In this document: positions 40,682 to 48,993 of the stretch, in pieces
How the letters are laid out: the number at the start of each line of letters is the position of its first letter
Numbering within the stretch: the first letter of the stretch is position 1
NCBI GenBank assembly: GCA_036381415.1
Contig: DASVCV010000007.1
Coordinates: 1,229-65,228 of the forward strand
Direction of reading: 5' to 3'
Source: Patescibacteria group bacterium
GTDB lineage: Bacteria; Patescibacteriota; Microgenomatia; UBA8517
Length of the DNA: 64,000 nt
Program-made: the position numbers and the translations under genes
Notes under the pieces: generated by a model
The model's input: only the letters and a program-made list of their open reading frames with translations
Databases searched by the model: none
Told to the model about the DNA's origin: nothing

Positions 40682-41968
40682 GTGAAACTCTCTTTTGGAG
40701 ACTTGAAGAAATCTCAGATGGACTTTCAAACTAATTTTAATCCTGAAAAGCCATATGTTATGCACATAGACCTAAATTCTTGTTTTGCCATGGTTGAACA
40801 GCAAGCCAATCCTCTGTTAAGAAACAAGCCGGTTGCAGTTGCAGCATATGCTACTTCCTCAGGCTGTATTCTAGCTGCCTCATATGAAGCCAAAAGATTA
40901 GGAGTAAAAACAGGAATGAGGGTAAAAGAAGGCAGGCTTCTTTGTCCTTCTTTAATTGTTCTTCCCCCAGATGCTCCTAAATATAGAGATGTTCATCTTA
41001 AATTAAGAAAAGTCCTCTCTTCCTACACTAATGATTTTGTTCCCCGTTCAATTGATGAATTTGTTTTAAATTTAAAAGATTACCCAGTAAGTGCAAAAGG
41101 AATGACAAATATTGGTCTAGAAATCAAAAAAAGAATTAAAAAAGAAGTTGGAGACTACCTTACTGTTTCAGTTGGAATTTCAACAAATAGGTTTCTAGCT
41201 AAAACTGCCTGCTCTCTTCATAAGCCTGATGGCTTAGAAGAAATAAACAAAGATAACTTTGAAAGTGTTTTTTCAAAACTTAACTTAGTTGACCTTTGTG
41301 GAATCAAAGCAAGAAATGCCAGCCGCCTCATGGGCATGGGAATTTATTCAGTTAGCCAGTTTTATGACTCCCCAATCTGGAAACTTAAAGCAGCATTTTC
41401 CTCCATTGCCGGATACTACTGGTGGGTGCGTCTTCATGGGTTTGAGATTGATGATGTTGAGTGGGGAAGGCGTAGCTATGGCAACTCATATTCCCTTCCA
41501 AAACCATTCAAAAGTCCTAAGGACCTTTCCCCAATATTAGCTAAGCTTTCTGAAAAGACTGGCTTTAGATTAAGAAAAGCCGGCTACAAGGTCCAAGGGG
41601 TTCATTTAGCACTTCTTTTTAAAGACCACACTTATTGGCACAAAGGATTAAAGCTTCCCCACCCAATCTTTGACTCAAGAGATATTTTTAAAACAGCATT
41701 TAGACTAATGTGTAAATCTCCTCTTCCTAAACCAGTTGCAAATATTGCAGTTTCCTGCTTCAACTTAACCAAAAAAGATACTTTGCAGCTAAACCTATTT
41801 GAAAACATTGAAAAGAAAAAAGAATTAGTAAGTGCTGTAGATAACATCAATAAAAGATGGGGACACTTTGTGGTAGCCCAAGGCGGGATGCTAGAAACAT
41901 CTGACTATGTTCCAGATAGAATTGCTTTTGGAGGAGTAAAAGAACTGGAAGAAATTACAACTGACTAG
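40682..41968 (+). CDS. Y-family DNA polymerase (DinB/UmuC-like)
   Basis: HIDLNSCFAMVEQQ matches the DxDxFFAxVE motif of Y-family polymerases. Possible later start at 40718. Confidence 0.8.
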   Translation: MKLSFGDLKKSQMDFQTNFNPEKPYVMHIDLNSCFAMVEQQANPLLRNKPVAVAAYATSSGCILAASYEAKRLGVKTGMRVKEGRLLCPSLIVLPPDAPKYRDVHLKLRKVLSSYTNDFVPRSIDEFVLNLKDYPVSAKGMTNIGLEIKKRIKKEVGDYLTVSVGISTNRFLAKTACSLHKPDGLEEINKDNFESVFSKLNLVDLCGIKARNASRLMGMGIYSVSQFYDSPIWKLKAAFSSIAGYYWWVRLHGFEIDDVEWGRRSYGNSYSLPKPFKSPKDLSPILAKLSEKTGFRLRKAGYKVQGVHLALLFKDHTYWHKGLKLPHPIFDSRDIFKTAFRLMCKSPLPKPVANIAVSCFNLTKKDTLQLNLFENIEKKKELVSAVDNINKRWGHFVVAQGGMLETSDYVPDRIAFGGVKELEEITTD

Positions 41969-42467
41969 TATCAACTGTGGTACCCACTTTTATATTATTT
42001 TTCCCAACAAATCCGGAATTAACTTCTAATATATAATCAACACTTTCCTTTGGAAGGTATATCTTTAAATCAGCATCCCTTGTGCCAGGAACCGGTTGTG
42101 AAACATTAGTAGTTACTTCTATAACCTTACCTGCCTTAATCCATATAAAATCTAAGGGGAAAAGCATATCTTTCATCCAAAATGCAGGACGTAGTCCTTG
42201 GTCTTTGTAGTCAAAAATCATTCCCTGGTCTTGAGCCATTAAAGACACTCCAGAAAGGCCTTTCCTTTTTTCATCTTCACTTTTTGCAACAGCTACCTTG
42301 ATAGAAGTGCCTCCAACACTAATTGTCTTTAAATTAGTTGAAGGTAAGGCAGAGGTGGAAGTAGGAGCAGGTATTCCAACTCCTGTAATTTTGTTGTTTT
42401 TAACTAAAAGTCCAACAACAATTATAAAAATGACAACTCCAATTATGTATAAAAAAATCTGTTTCAT
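41955..42467 (-). CDS. DUF192 family exported protein
   Basis: N-terminal TM segment and a GMIFDYKD...FWMKDMLFPLDFIWI pattern typical of DUF192. Confidence 0.6.
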   Translation of the reverse strand: MKQIFLYIIGVVIFIIVVGLLVKNNKITGVGIPAPTSTSALPSTNLKTISVGGTSIKVAVAKSEDEKRKGLSGVSLMAQDQGMIFDYKDQGLRPAFWMKDMLFPLDFIWIKAGKVIEVTTNVSQPVPGTRDADLKIYLPKESVDYILEVNSGFVGKNNIKVGTTVDTSQL

Positions 42468-42616
42468 TTTTGAGTTTCTGTCCCCAATACTGTGGGTGCT
42501 TCATAAACTGCTGCTTGTTGCTGTTTGGCATTCTTTGTCATAAAGACTAACACCAAAGCAAAAACAATTGATGGGATTAGAAGCAGAAGTAGGTATAAAC
42601 TATTCCTAGACTTCAT
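42464..42616 (-). CDS. Hypothetical 50-aa membrane peptide
   Basis: MKSRNSLYLLLLLIPSIVFALVLVFMTKNAKQQQAAVYEAPTVLGTETQK. Stop overlaps the ATG of the downstream DUF192 gene. Confidence 0.3.
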   Translation of the reverse strand: MKSRNSLYLLLLLIPSIVFALVLVFMTKNAKQQQAAVYEAPTVLGTETQK

Positions 42617-42661
42617 AATCCTAGTTTAGAGACTTGCTAAATTTTTGCAAGAAGAAAAAAG

Positions 42662-42744
42662 TGCCCCCGAGAGGACTCGAACCTCTACAGAATTGCTTCC
42701 ACAGGATCCTAAATCCTGCGCGTCTACCATTTCGCCACGAGGGC
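42662..42744 (-). tRNA. tRNA-Leu (anticodon TAG)
   Basis: Type II tRNA. D-arm GCG-AAATGGTAGA-CGC, anticodon loop TTTAGGA, 15-nt variable arm, T-arm AGAGG-TTCGAGT-CCTCT. Confidence 0.8.
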
Positions 42745-42757
42745 ATGCTACAAGGCT

Positions 42758-42766
42758 ATTATATCA
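42758..42766 (-). promoter_or_regulatory. Extended -10 promoter (TGATATAAT) for tRNA-Leu(TAG)
   Basis: Minus-strand TTGATATAAT about 13 nt upstream of the tRNA 5' end. Confidence 0.35.
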
Positions 42767-42776
42767 AATTTATGGC

Positions 42777-42804
42777 AAAAAAAAGGCCCTCCAGAAGGAG
42801 GGCC
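42777..42804 (-). terminator. Intrinsic terminator after the methyltransferase gene
   Basis: Perfect 8-bp hairpin ggccctcc-ttct-ggagggcc followed by T8 on the minus strand. Confidence 0.6.
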
Positions 42805-42903
42805 AAGGAAATCCTAACGCTTCTTCTGCATTTAACAGAATCAGCCTCAGAACGTGCTGTCAATATATCAAAGCATTATAGGATTGTCAAGTTTTGACAA
42901 CTT

Positions 42904-43662
42904 TCATCCCTTTTTACGAGCGAGGATAAAAATAGAAGGCCCAAAATTGAGGTAAGCAAAGGGTATTTGCACTAGCTTTTCAACCCATAACAATACAGAT
43001 ATAGGTATATGTTTCTTAGCAGAAACACTTCTAATATTAGAAACTGACCTTTTTTGGACTACCTCAAAACCATGTTTTGAAAGCTCATCCTCAATAGCCT
43101 TAGGGTGATGATTAAGAAAAGGAAGTGTTTTAGCTTTTATCGATTCTGCACTTCTTACATCAATAGAATTAGTGTCATTTAGGAACTTAAAATCTCCCTT
43201 TAATAGATGAGAAATCACGGCTTTTCCATGCATTTTATTTGCAAATTCAAATATCACATGCCCATTAGGTTCTACCAAATACTCAATAATATCAAAGGCT
43301 TCACTAACATTTGGAATATGGTGTAGCACCCTAACTGTTAAAACAAGATCAAAACTGCCTTTTCTAAACTTGTTTTTGGCATTTTCCAGAGATGTCTGGA
43401 CATACTTCATGTTGCTATAGGCACTTAGCTGTTTTCTAGCAATGCTAAGAAGCTTTGCAGAAGGGTCTGTCAAGGTAACTGTTTTGGCTCTAAAAAGGTA
43501 GTAAGGAGCAAGTCTTCCAAATCCTCCCCCAAGCTCAATAGCCTTGGCAATCTTTGGAATTCTATCTAAAAAGCACCTTAGAGCATAAACCTCAGATTCA
43601 TGCTCATACTTTCTTTCATTCCAATAAGACAGATAGTCATAACTGTCATATGCTGCTCCCAT
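42904..43662 (-). CDS. Class I SAM-dependent methyltransferase
   Basis: Motif I ELGGGFGRL followed by an acidic residue after a beta-strand. Confidence 0.7.
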   Translation of the reverse strand: MGAAYDSYDYLSYWNERKYEHESEVYALRCFLDRIPKIAKAIELGGGFGRLAPYYLFRAKTVTLTDPSAKLLSIARKQLSAYSNMKYVQTSLENAKNKFRKGSFDLVLTVRVLHHIPNVSEAFDIIEYLVEPNGHVIFEFANKMHGKAVISHLLKGDFKFLNDTNSIDVRSAESIKAKTLPFLNHHPKAIEDELSKHGFEVVQKRSVSNIRSVSAKKHIPISVLLWVEKLVQIPFAYLNFGPSIFILARKKG

Positions 43663-43710
43663 TGCTCTAGTTTACTACATACTTGAGTGTGGAGCCAAAA
43701 AAAGAAGGCC

Positions 43711-44328
43711 TTATTCCATTTCATCCATGAACTGTCTTACACCTTTTGCCCATTCTCCATTAGGTGAACCTGGGTTGTACTTGGTCATAATTTCTTCAGG
43801 AGTCTTTAAACCTTCATCTATATAGTTTTCCTTTAATCCGCGGCTTACTGTTTCAATTCCTACATCAAAGGATTTAAAGGCTAAAGAAGAAACACTGGTT
43901 ATTCCCCATCCCCAGCAGTTATAGCTTCCATATGGAATGATCTTGCAAAGATTTGATTCCTTCTGGGCAATAGCAGCAAGAAGCCTAAAATCAAGTTCAT
44001 TCTTGTCAGCTTCTTCAACCAGTTTAGAAGCATATGGCAATAAAGGTGAATCATAGTTTGCCAAGTATTGTCTAACTATCTCCACCCTTGCATCCTTTAC
44101 CTCAATTTCACTTGAAACAGTAGGAAAGTTGGTTGGAAGTGAGGCGTATACTTGTACTCCTGGTCTTAAGGCTGTGCTTGTTGCACTAGGAACATTAGAA
44201 GCAGAAGCACTAGGTGTGCCTAAGTTAATTAAGGAAAAAATACTTAGTCCCAAAGTAATTGGTGCAAGTATGAAAAAGGCAGCAATTAGGGTTAAATCAC
44301 GCCAAAACTTTAATGGCTCTTCTAGCAT
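43711..44328 (-). CDS. Hypothetical membrane-anchored protein
   Basis: 205 aa with an N-terminal TM segment. Confidence 0.5.
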   Translation of the reverse strand: MLEEPLKFWRDLTLIAAFFILAPITLGLSIFSLINLGTPSASASNVPSATSTALRPGVQVYASLPTNFPTVSSEIEVKDARVEIVRQYLANYDSPLLPYASKLVEEADKNELDFRLLAAIAQKESNLCKIIPYGSYNCWGWGITSVSSLAFKSFDVGIETVSRGLKENYIDEGLKTPEEIMTKYNPGSPNGEWAKGVRQFMDEME

Positions 44329-44381
44329 TCTAGCTCTTAGAATGCCATATATGAGGTTGGGAAGTCAAGTTTTATAGTTAT

Positions 44382-44891
44382 TTATTTCCTTGACTGTGGA
44401 GGAAGGGATGGCTCATAAATTAGCTTAGTTTCCCATCTTACATCATAATTCCCTCTTACATCTTCAAGTCTCTTCTCTATAAGTTTTTGACTGTTTAATC
44501 TATCAAAAAGTGTAAAAACCTCAGGAAAACTTTCAACTCGTTGATGTCTAGTTCCGTTTAGATCTACGATAGGTTCTTCAGGTCTGATTATTTCTTCAGA
44601 ACTCCATGTATTGAAAGGCTTCGGGAAAAACATCCTCATACAACCTGGCAAGTCCGTTCTCCAAGACAAACCTAAAGTATCATTATCTATAATTCTTAGT
44701 TTACCTTCAGCATCTCTCAAACTTTTTCCCTCAACATCAGCCTCTTCCTTACCCTTTAGTTTCACAACCCACCCATTGTGCAGCTTCTTTTCTCTTGAAA
44801 GAACAACATGCCCCACCTTTTCCATCTGTATATTTCTTTCAGTGGAAGAGAACTCGTAAAGAACAACTTCTGACTTTAATTTAAAAGACAT
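44382..44891 (-). CDS. Hypothetical protein
   Basis: 169-aa ORF with no recognizable motif. Confidence 0.45.
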   Translation of the reverse strand: MSFKLKSEVVLYEFSSTERNIQMEKVGHVVLSREKKLHNGWVVKLKGKEEADVEGKSLRDAEGKLRIIDNDTLGLSWRTDLPGCMRMFFPKPFNTWSSEEIIRPEEPIVDLNGTRHQRVESFPEVFTLFDRLNSQKLIEKRLEDVRGNYDVRWETKLIYEPSLPPQSRK

Positions 44892-44901
44892 ATTTGCAAA
44901 G

Positions 44902-44973
44902 TGAGCCGCAGAGGATTCGAACCTCTAACCGTTACCTTAAGAGGGTACTGCTCTACCGTTGAGCTAGCGGCCC
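44902..44973 (-). tRNA. tRNA-Lys (anticodon CTT)
   Basis: Cloverleaf GGGCCGC..GCGGCTC, D-arm GCTC/GAGC, anticodon loop CTCTTAA, T-arm AGAGG-TTCGAAT-CCTCT. Confidence 0.75.
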
Positions 44974-45017
44974 GTAGATTGCCCTATTTTATCATTTCCG
45001 AAGAAAACTAGCCAAAA

Positions 45018-46427
45018 TTATCTTCCTAGGCTTAATTTAGAGATGAAGAACATTTTTGCATTTTCGATAATAGTCTGGAGTGTTACAAAAGGTATGACTT
45101 TAATTTCAAAGAAATACTTCTGTGTAATAGGCTGATTGTTAAACAAGAGGAAAAAGTCTTTGTATGACCCTGACTCCTGAGGAAGTTTTCCTTTAATTGA
45201 AATTATGCCTATTTGTCCTGGTTCAATAGTTGCAGGTACTGTAGAAACTATCTGGAAACTTTCCCCCTTATCAGATCTTACCCCCAAGTTTGCCTTATCC
45301 CAAATAGCCTGACCGTTATTTTTAACAAAAAGAAGGGAGTAAAAATCATTGTCAGTATTTCCTATTTGAGGAGTTATCCCGCTTAATATTTCCCCCTCAT
45401 TTACCTGAACTGGCTTGCCAGCTACTTTAGTTAGGTTCTGTACTGAGTAGTAAAAGTTATAGAAATTTCCATCCCTTTTTTTCCAGGAAAACATATCAAA
45501 AAGATTATCCTGGTAGCTAAAAACAAAAGGAGTAACCGCAACCACATTTGGACTGTTCCAAGCATATTTGTATGCTTCCTCATATTTTGCTCCTAAGTCA
45601 TTTGAACTGGTATTTCCAGGAAGCCTTCCACTTGCATCATGAGTCCATCCTGTTTCTGTAATAAAAACAGGAAGATTTTTAGTCACTCCTAAGGTCTTCA
45701 AATAGTCTTCTTCCCACAAATAAGACCTAACACTTCCCTTTCCAACTCCATCTGGGCTTCCTGAGAAATTGGGGTTGGGATATGAATGAGATGCCCACCC
45801 ATCTATATTGTTAAAAAGATCTGGCTCGCTAGATATCATTCTAGCTAGGTAGGTAGACTCATCCATGCTGTCTCTTGTATTGCCTGCTGAGGCATCTAAT
45901 CCAGCAGGTAGTATGAAGTAGTCCCCAGAGGCACTTTTAAGCTTACCTGAGAAGGTTTTAAGGTAGGTAGCATACTCAGAGGGGTTAATTTGCCCTCCCC
46001 ACTCTTTGGCATGGTTTGGCTCGTTCCCAACTGTAATATACCTGTTTTTAATAACCCAGTTTAGAGAGTTAAAAAAAGATACCCAGCCGTCTATTTCATC
46101 AGGATTAGGTTTTTCCCAGACATCACCATTTGGGGCTGTTGCTACACGGACAATAGGTATTAAATGGAGTCTTCTCATTTCATCAAAAACCCTTTGCCAG
46201 CGTCTGGTGTCTCTTTCTCCTTTTTGAATAACTAAAGTCACATAACCCCAATCTCCTCCATTGGAATTAGTTAACTTTGCAACATTTTCCAAGTCCCCTG
46301 CATCTACAACATGGATGCCAAATTTATTGTTAGGAACCAAAGTAGGGTCAGTAATTGCAGAAACAGAAGGTGCAAAAACGAAGAGTGTTAAAAAGAAAAA
46401 GGACAGTAAAAATATTATTTTTTTCAT
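45018..46427 (-). CDS. Secreted clan GH-A (TIM-barrel) glycoside hydrolase-like protein
   Basis: Signal peptide and a VGNEPN motif (NEP catalytic-acid motif of GH5-like enzymes). Confidence 0.55.
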   Translation of the reverse strand: MKKIIFLLSFFFLTLFVFAPSVSAITDPTLVPNNKFGIHVVDAGDLENVAKLTNSNGGDWGYVTLVIQKGERDTRRWQRVFDEMRRLHLIPIVRVATAPNGDVWEKPNPDEIDGWVSFFNSLNWVIKNRYITVGNEPNHAKEWGGQINPSEYATYLKTFSGKLKSASGDYFILPAGLDASAGNTRDSMDESTYLARMISSEPDLFNNIDGWASHSYPNPNFSGSPDGVGKGSVRSYLWEEDYLKTLGVTKNLPVFITETGWTHDASGRLPGNTSSNDLGAKYEEAYKYAWNSPNVVAVTPFVFSYQDNLFDMFSWKKRDGNFYNFYYSVQNLTKVAGKPVQVNEGEILSGITPQIGNTDNDFYSLLFVKNNGQAIWDKANLGVRSDKGESFQIVSTVPATIEPGQIGIISIKGKLPQESGSYKDFFLLFNNQPITQKYFFEIKVIPFVTLQTIIENAKMFFISKLSLGR

Positions 46428-46439
46428 TTAACTAAAATG

Positions 46440-46511
46440 TGCCCCTGGGGGGAATCGAACCCTCATCTCCTCCTTAGAAGGGAGATGCTCTATCCATTGA
46501 GCTACAGGGGC
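46440..46511 (-). tRNA. tRNA-Arg (anticodon TCT)
   Basis: Acceptor GCCCCTG/CAGGGGC, D-arm GCTC/GAGC, anticodon loop CTTCTAA. T-stem has one A-C mismatch. Confidence 0.7.
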
Positions 46512-46517
46512 ATTTTG

Positions 46518-46589
46518 AGCGGCGGAGCGGACTCGAACCGCCGACCTTCTCCTTGGCAAGGAGACATTCTACCACTGAACTACCGCCGC
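46518..46589 (-). tRNA. tRNA-Gly (anticodon GCC)
   Basis: Acceptor GCGGCGG/CCGCCGC, anticodon loop TTGCCAA, discriminator U. Confidence 0.8.
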
Positions 46590-46637
46590 ATTTAGAACAA
46601 TTTAATTACTCTAAAACTATCAAAAATGTCTTATTTG

Positions 46638-46710
46638 TGCCGAGAGCAGGAGTCGGACCTGCATAGCTTGTTCTTCAGACAAGTGCCTTGACCACCTTGG
46701 CTATCTCGGC
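46638..46710 (-). tRNA. tRNA-Phe (anticodon GAA)
   Basis: Acceptor GCCGAGA/TCTCGGC, anticodon loop CTGAAGA (G at position 37), T-loop TCCGACT (atypical), discriminator A. Confidence 0.65.
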
Positions 46711-46735
46711 TTTTACGAGATTATATCAAATTTTG

Positions 46736-46807
46736 TGGGCGCTGAGGGATTCGAACCCCCGACTTTTTCGATGTAAACGAAACACTCTACCGCTGAGTTA
46801 AGCGCCC
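46736..46807 (-). tRNA. tRNA-Val (anticodon TAC)
   Basis: Acceptor GGGCGCT/AGCGCCC, D-arm ACTC/GAGT, anticodon loop TTTACAT, T-arm GGGGG-TTCGAAT-CCCTC. Confidence 0.8.
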
Positions 46808-47514
46808 TTTGGTGCGGGAGAGAGGACTCGAACCTCCACGGATTTCTCCATACGCTCCTTAGGCGTACGCGTATAGCCAGTTCCGCCACTCCCGCTTGTT
46901 GATTGTATTATACCCAATGCTTGGTCAATTTTAAACTTTTTCCTACTTAAACAGGTAACTCCTTCTGAATAGTACAGCACCTCTAACAACCTTAAAGAGC
47001 TATATTTTGCATATTTTAGCAAGTAGCTCCCTCGCCCACCTTTTGAAATATACCCTTTTATTTGATAGAGATATTCTATTTTAAATTTTAGCCAACACAG
47101 AAAATCCCTGCTTGCTGATACATAACCGCTATAAAATACAAAACTGTTAGGCCACTGTTTGCTCCAATAAGAAAAAGTATATCCATCACCATCTAAACAG
47201 CCTCTTAAAAAGTCAGGAAAATATTTATTAGGCACTTTTATATTCTTGATAGTCTTCGATTTTTTCGAATGCAATCCTATAGATTCTAAATACCTATATA
47301 ATTTTACATTTCCCCACTCGATGCGATAATATCTTTTGTTGCTACTACCCGAATTCTTAATACCTATCTTGTTACTTAAACGTAATATTCTTTTAAAATT
47401 TTCTACTTGTTCTAAATCCTTAGAAGTAAAATCAATATGGCGCCCATCTTTCGACAAATATCCATCAGTAGCAATCAACCCAACTACATATGCAAAATCT
47501 CTTGACCAGCGCAT
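46798..47514 (-). CDS. LAGLIDADG homing endonuclease (double-motif, free-standing)
   Basis: Two motifs, VVGLIATDGYL and LRGCLDGDGY, about 100 aa apart. The 3' ~100 nt of the ORF reads through tRNA-Leu(AAG). Confidence 0.75.
   Translation of the reverse strand: MRWSRDFAYVVGLIATDGYLSKDGRHIDFTSKDLEQVENFKRILRLSNKIGIKNSGSSNKRYYRIEWGNVKLYRYLESIGLHSKKSKTIKNIKVPNKYFPDFLRGCLDGDGYTFSYWSKQWPNSFVFYSGYVSASRDFLCWLKFKIEYLYQIKGYISKGGRGSYLLKYAKYSSLRLLEVLYYSEGVTCLSRKKFKIDQALGIIQSTSGSGGTGYTRTPKERMEKSVEVRVLSPAPKGA
46810..46896 (-). tRNA. Type II tRNA, Leu-like, anticodon reads AAG; CCA encoded
   Basis: Acceptor GCGGGAG/CTCCCGC, D-arm GCG-GAACTGGCTATA-CGC, anticodon stem TACGC/GCGTA with loop CTAAGGA, 13-nt variable arm. 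3' ACCA is genomic. Lies 2 nt from tRNA-Val. Confidence 0.6.
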
Positions 47515-47567
47515 TATCTCCTACCTCTATCTCATTAACATTATACCGAAAATATAACGAATGCAAG

Positions 47568-47653
47568 TGCCGAAGAGAGGACTCGAACCTCCACGCCCGG
47601 TAAGGGGCACACGATTCTGAATCGTGCCTGGCTACCAATTACAGCACTTCGGC
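47568..47653 (-). tRNA. tRNA-Leu (anticodon CAG)
   Basis: Type II tRNA. Acceptor GCCGAAG/CTTCGGC, anticodon loop TTCAGAA, 16-nt variable arm, T-arm GGAGG-TTCGAGT-CCTCT. Confidence 0.8.
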
Positions 47654-47727
47654 AAGTGTTTACATTATACCAGGAATACAGCCTCACATGAATAATAGCA
47701 TTTAGCTTTTTGTGATATTATTCTGAT

Positions 47728-48411
47728 ATGCTCGAAAGGATAACTCATACTCCTGAAGTTGAAGCTTCAAATATCAGTTTAACCATGCGCTACCACAGGT
47801 TAGCTACTTTATATGGAGACTACACAATGTACATTAAATTCCTTATTTCAAGCTATGCATCATATGGGAAAGCTATGGATAAAATATTTGAATTCAAATC
47901 CAGGCTTTTAACAATTGATTTGAATCAAAAATATGCCTCTGAGGTTGCAATGTTTATAGCATCTCAAAAAGCAACATTTTTATACAGCCTTCTTTTTCCA
48001 GAAAAGGTAGGTAAGGATTTAAACCAAACTAAAATATCAGAATATATAGGAGAAGATGGTCAAAACACTCCTTCTTTTCTTCACTCCTACTACGACTGGT
48101 TAAATAAGATTTTTAGTTTAAACCCCAACAGTATTGTGGGTTTTAACTTTGAGCCAGATGGAGCTTGTTTCTCAAGCAATACTCCTCCCCATTGCACTTC
48201 AGATAATATCTTAGTTTTAGACAAACAATATAAGGCAGGTATTTCTTTTGTCTTAGCAAACGATACAAGCCATTCCACATATATAGATCCCAAGACAAAC
48301 TCAAAAGAACTGGCAGTTCCAGCTTATGCTGTCAGAGACTACAGCCTTCTTCACAAACTGTTTAAAGCAAGTATTGAAATAGGCAGTGGAGTGGTTGATA
48401 ATTCTATATAA
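47728..48411 (+). CDS. Hypothetical protein
   Basis: 227-aa ORF with no recognizable motif. Confidence 0.45.
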   Translation: MLERITHTPEVEASNISLTMRYHRLATLYGDYTMYIKFLISSYASYGKAMDKIFEFKSRLLTIDLNQKYASEVAMFIASQKATFLYSLLFPEKVGKDLNQTKISEYIGEDGQNTPSFLHSYYDWLNKIFSLNPNSIVGFNFEPDGACFSSNTPPHCTSDNILVLDKQYKAGISFVLANDTSHSTYIDPKTNSKELAVPAYAVRDYSLLHKLFKASIEIGSGVVDNSI

Positions 48412-48944
48412 TGTCAGAGCCAATACCAGAACAGTCATCGGGCAATTTTATAGACTCTGCTGCATTTAAAAGTTTTCTATCAAGCCCTAAAGACACTAAG
48501 TTCAAAGGAATAATAGATTTGGCAGGAGGTTTTCCCACCCCTTCTGATGAAATAAGTGTTACAGATACAGCCTTAATGCTATTAAGAAAAGATGTCACAA
48601 GAATTCCAATCATTGCAATTAAAAAAGGTAATGAAACAAATATTTTTGGATTAGTAACAAACAATGGAAGACAAGAACACAAAGCACTTCTTTCAGACCT
48701 GCAGGAAAAAGGATATTCAGTAAACGATATTCTTTTTACTACATCTATTGAATGTGGAGAAGCAGGCCAATACACGGCCACTTTTGAGTCTGCTCCAAAA
48801 GTAGGTGGTGCTGTTTCTTCCCCAGATCACCTAAGCTTGGGTAAAGGTTCTGATCTTCACGAACCCAAACTTCCTCCTTTTACTTCAGAAGGAAGAAAAA
48901 TGATGGAAAAAGTATTAGGTGGAAGAATATCTATGTCTTATTAG
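48411..48944 (+). CDS. Hypothetical protein
   Basis: 177-aa ORF coupled to the upstream gene by a TAATG overlap. Confidence 0.45.
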   Translation: MSEPIPEQSSGNFIDSAAFKSFLSSPKDTKFKGIIDLAGGFPTPSDEISVTDTALMLLRKDVTRIPIIAIKKGNETNIFGLVTNNGRQEHKALLSDLQEKGYSVNDILFTTSIECGEAGQYTATFESAPKVGGAVSSPDHLSLGKGSDLHEPKLPPFTSEGRKMMEKVLGGRISMSY

Positions 48945-48993
48945 TCTTCTTCATGATATTGACACACCTCATCAATAAGGTAAAATCTGCGTA

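Noticed and set aside
40474-40734. 86-aa ORF between the LexA-like gene and the Y-family polymerase
   Set aside because: It overlaps the polymerase 5' end in another frame and has no motif. The region is more likely leader or operator. It is kept only as a note.
46810-47653. Idea that the LAGLIDADG gene marks a group I intron inside a tRNA-Leu gene
   Set aside because: Both flanking Leu tRNAs fold as continuous, complete cloverleaves, so the endonuclease gene is inter-tRNA rather than intronic.
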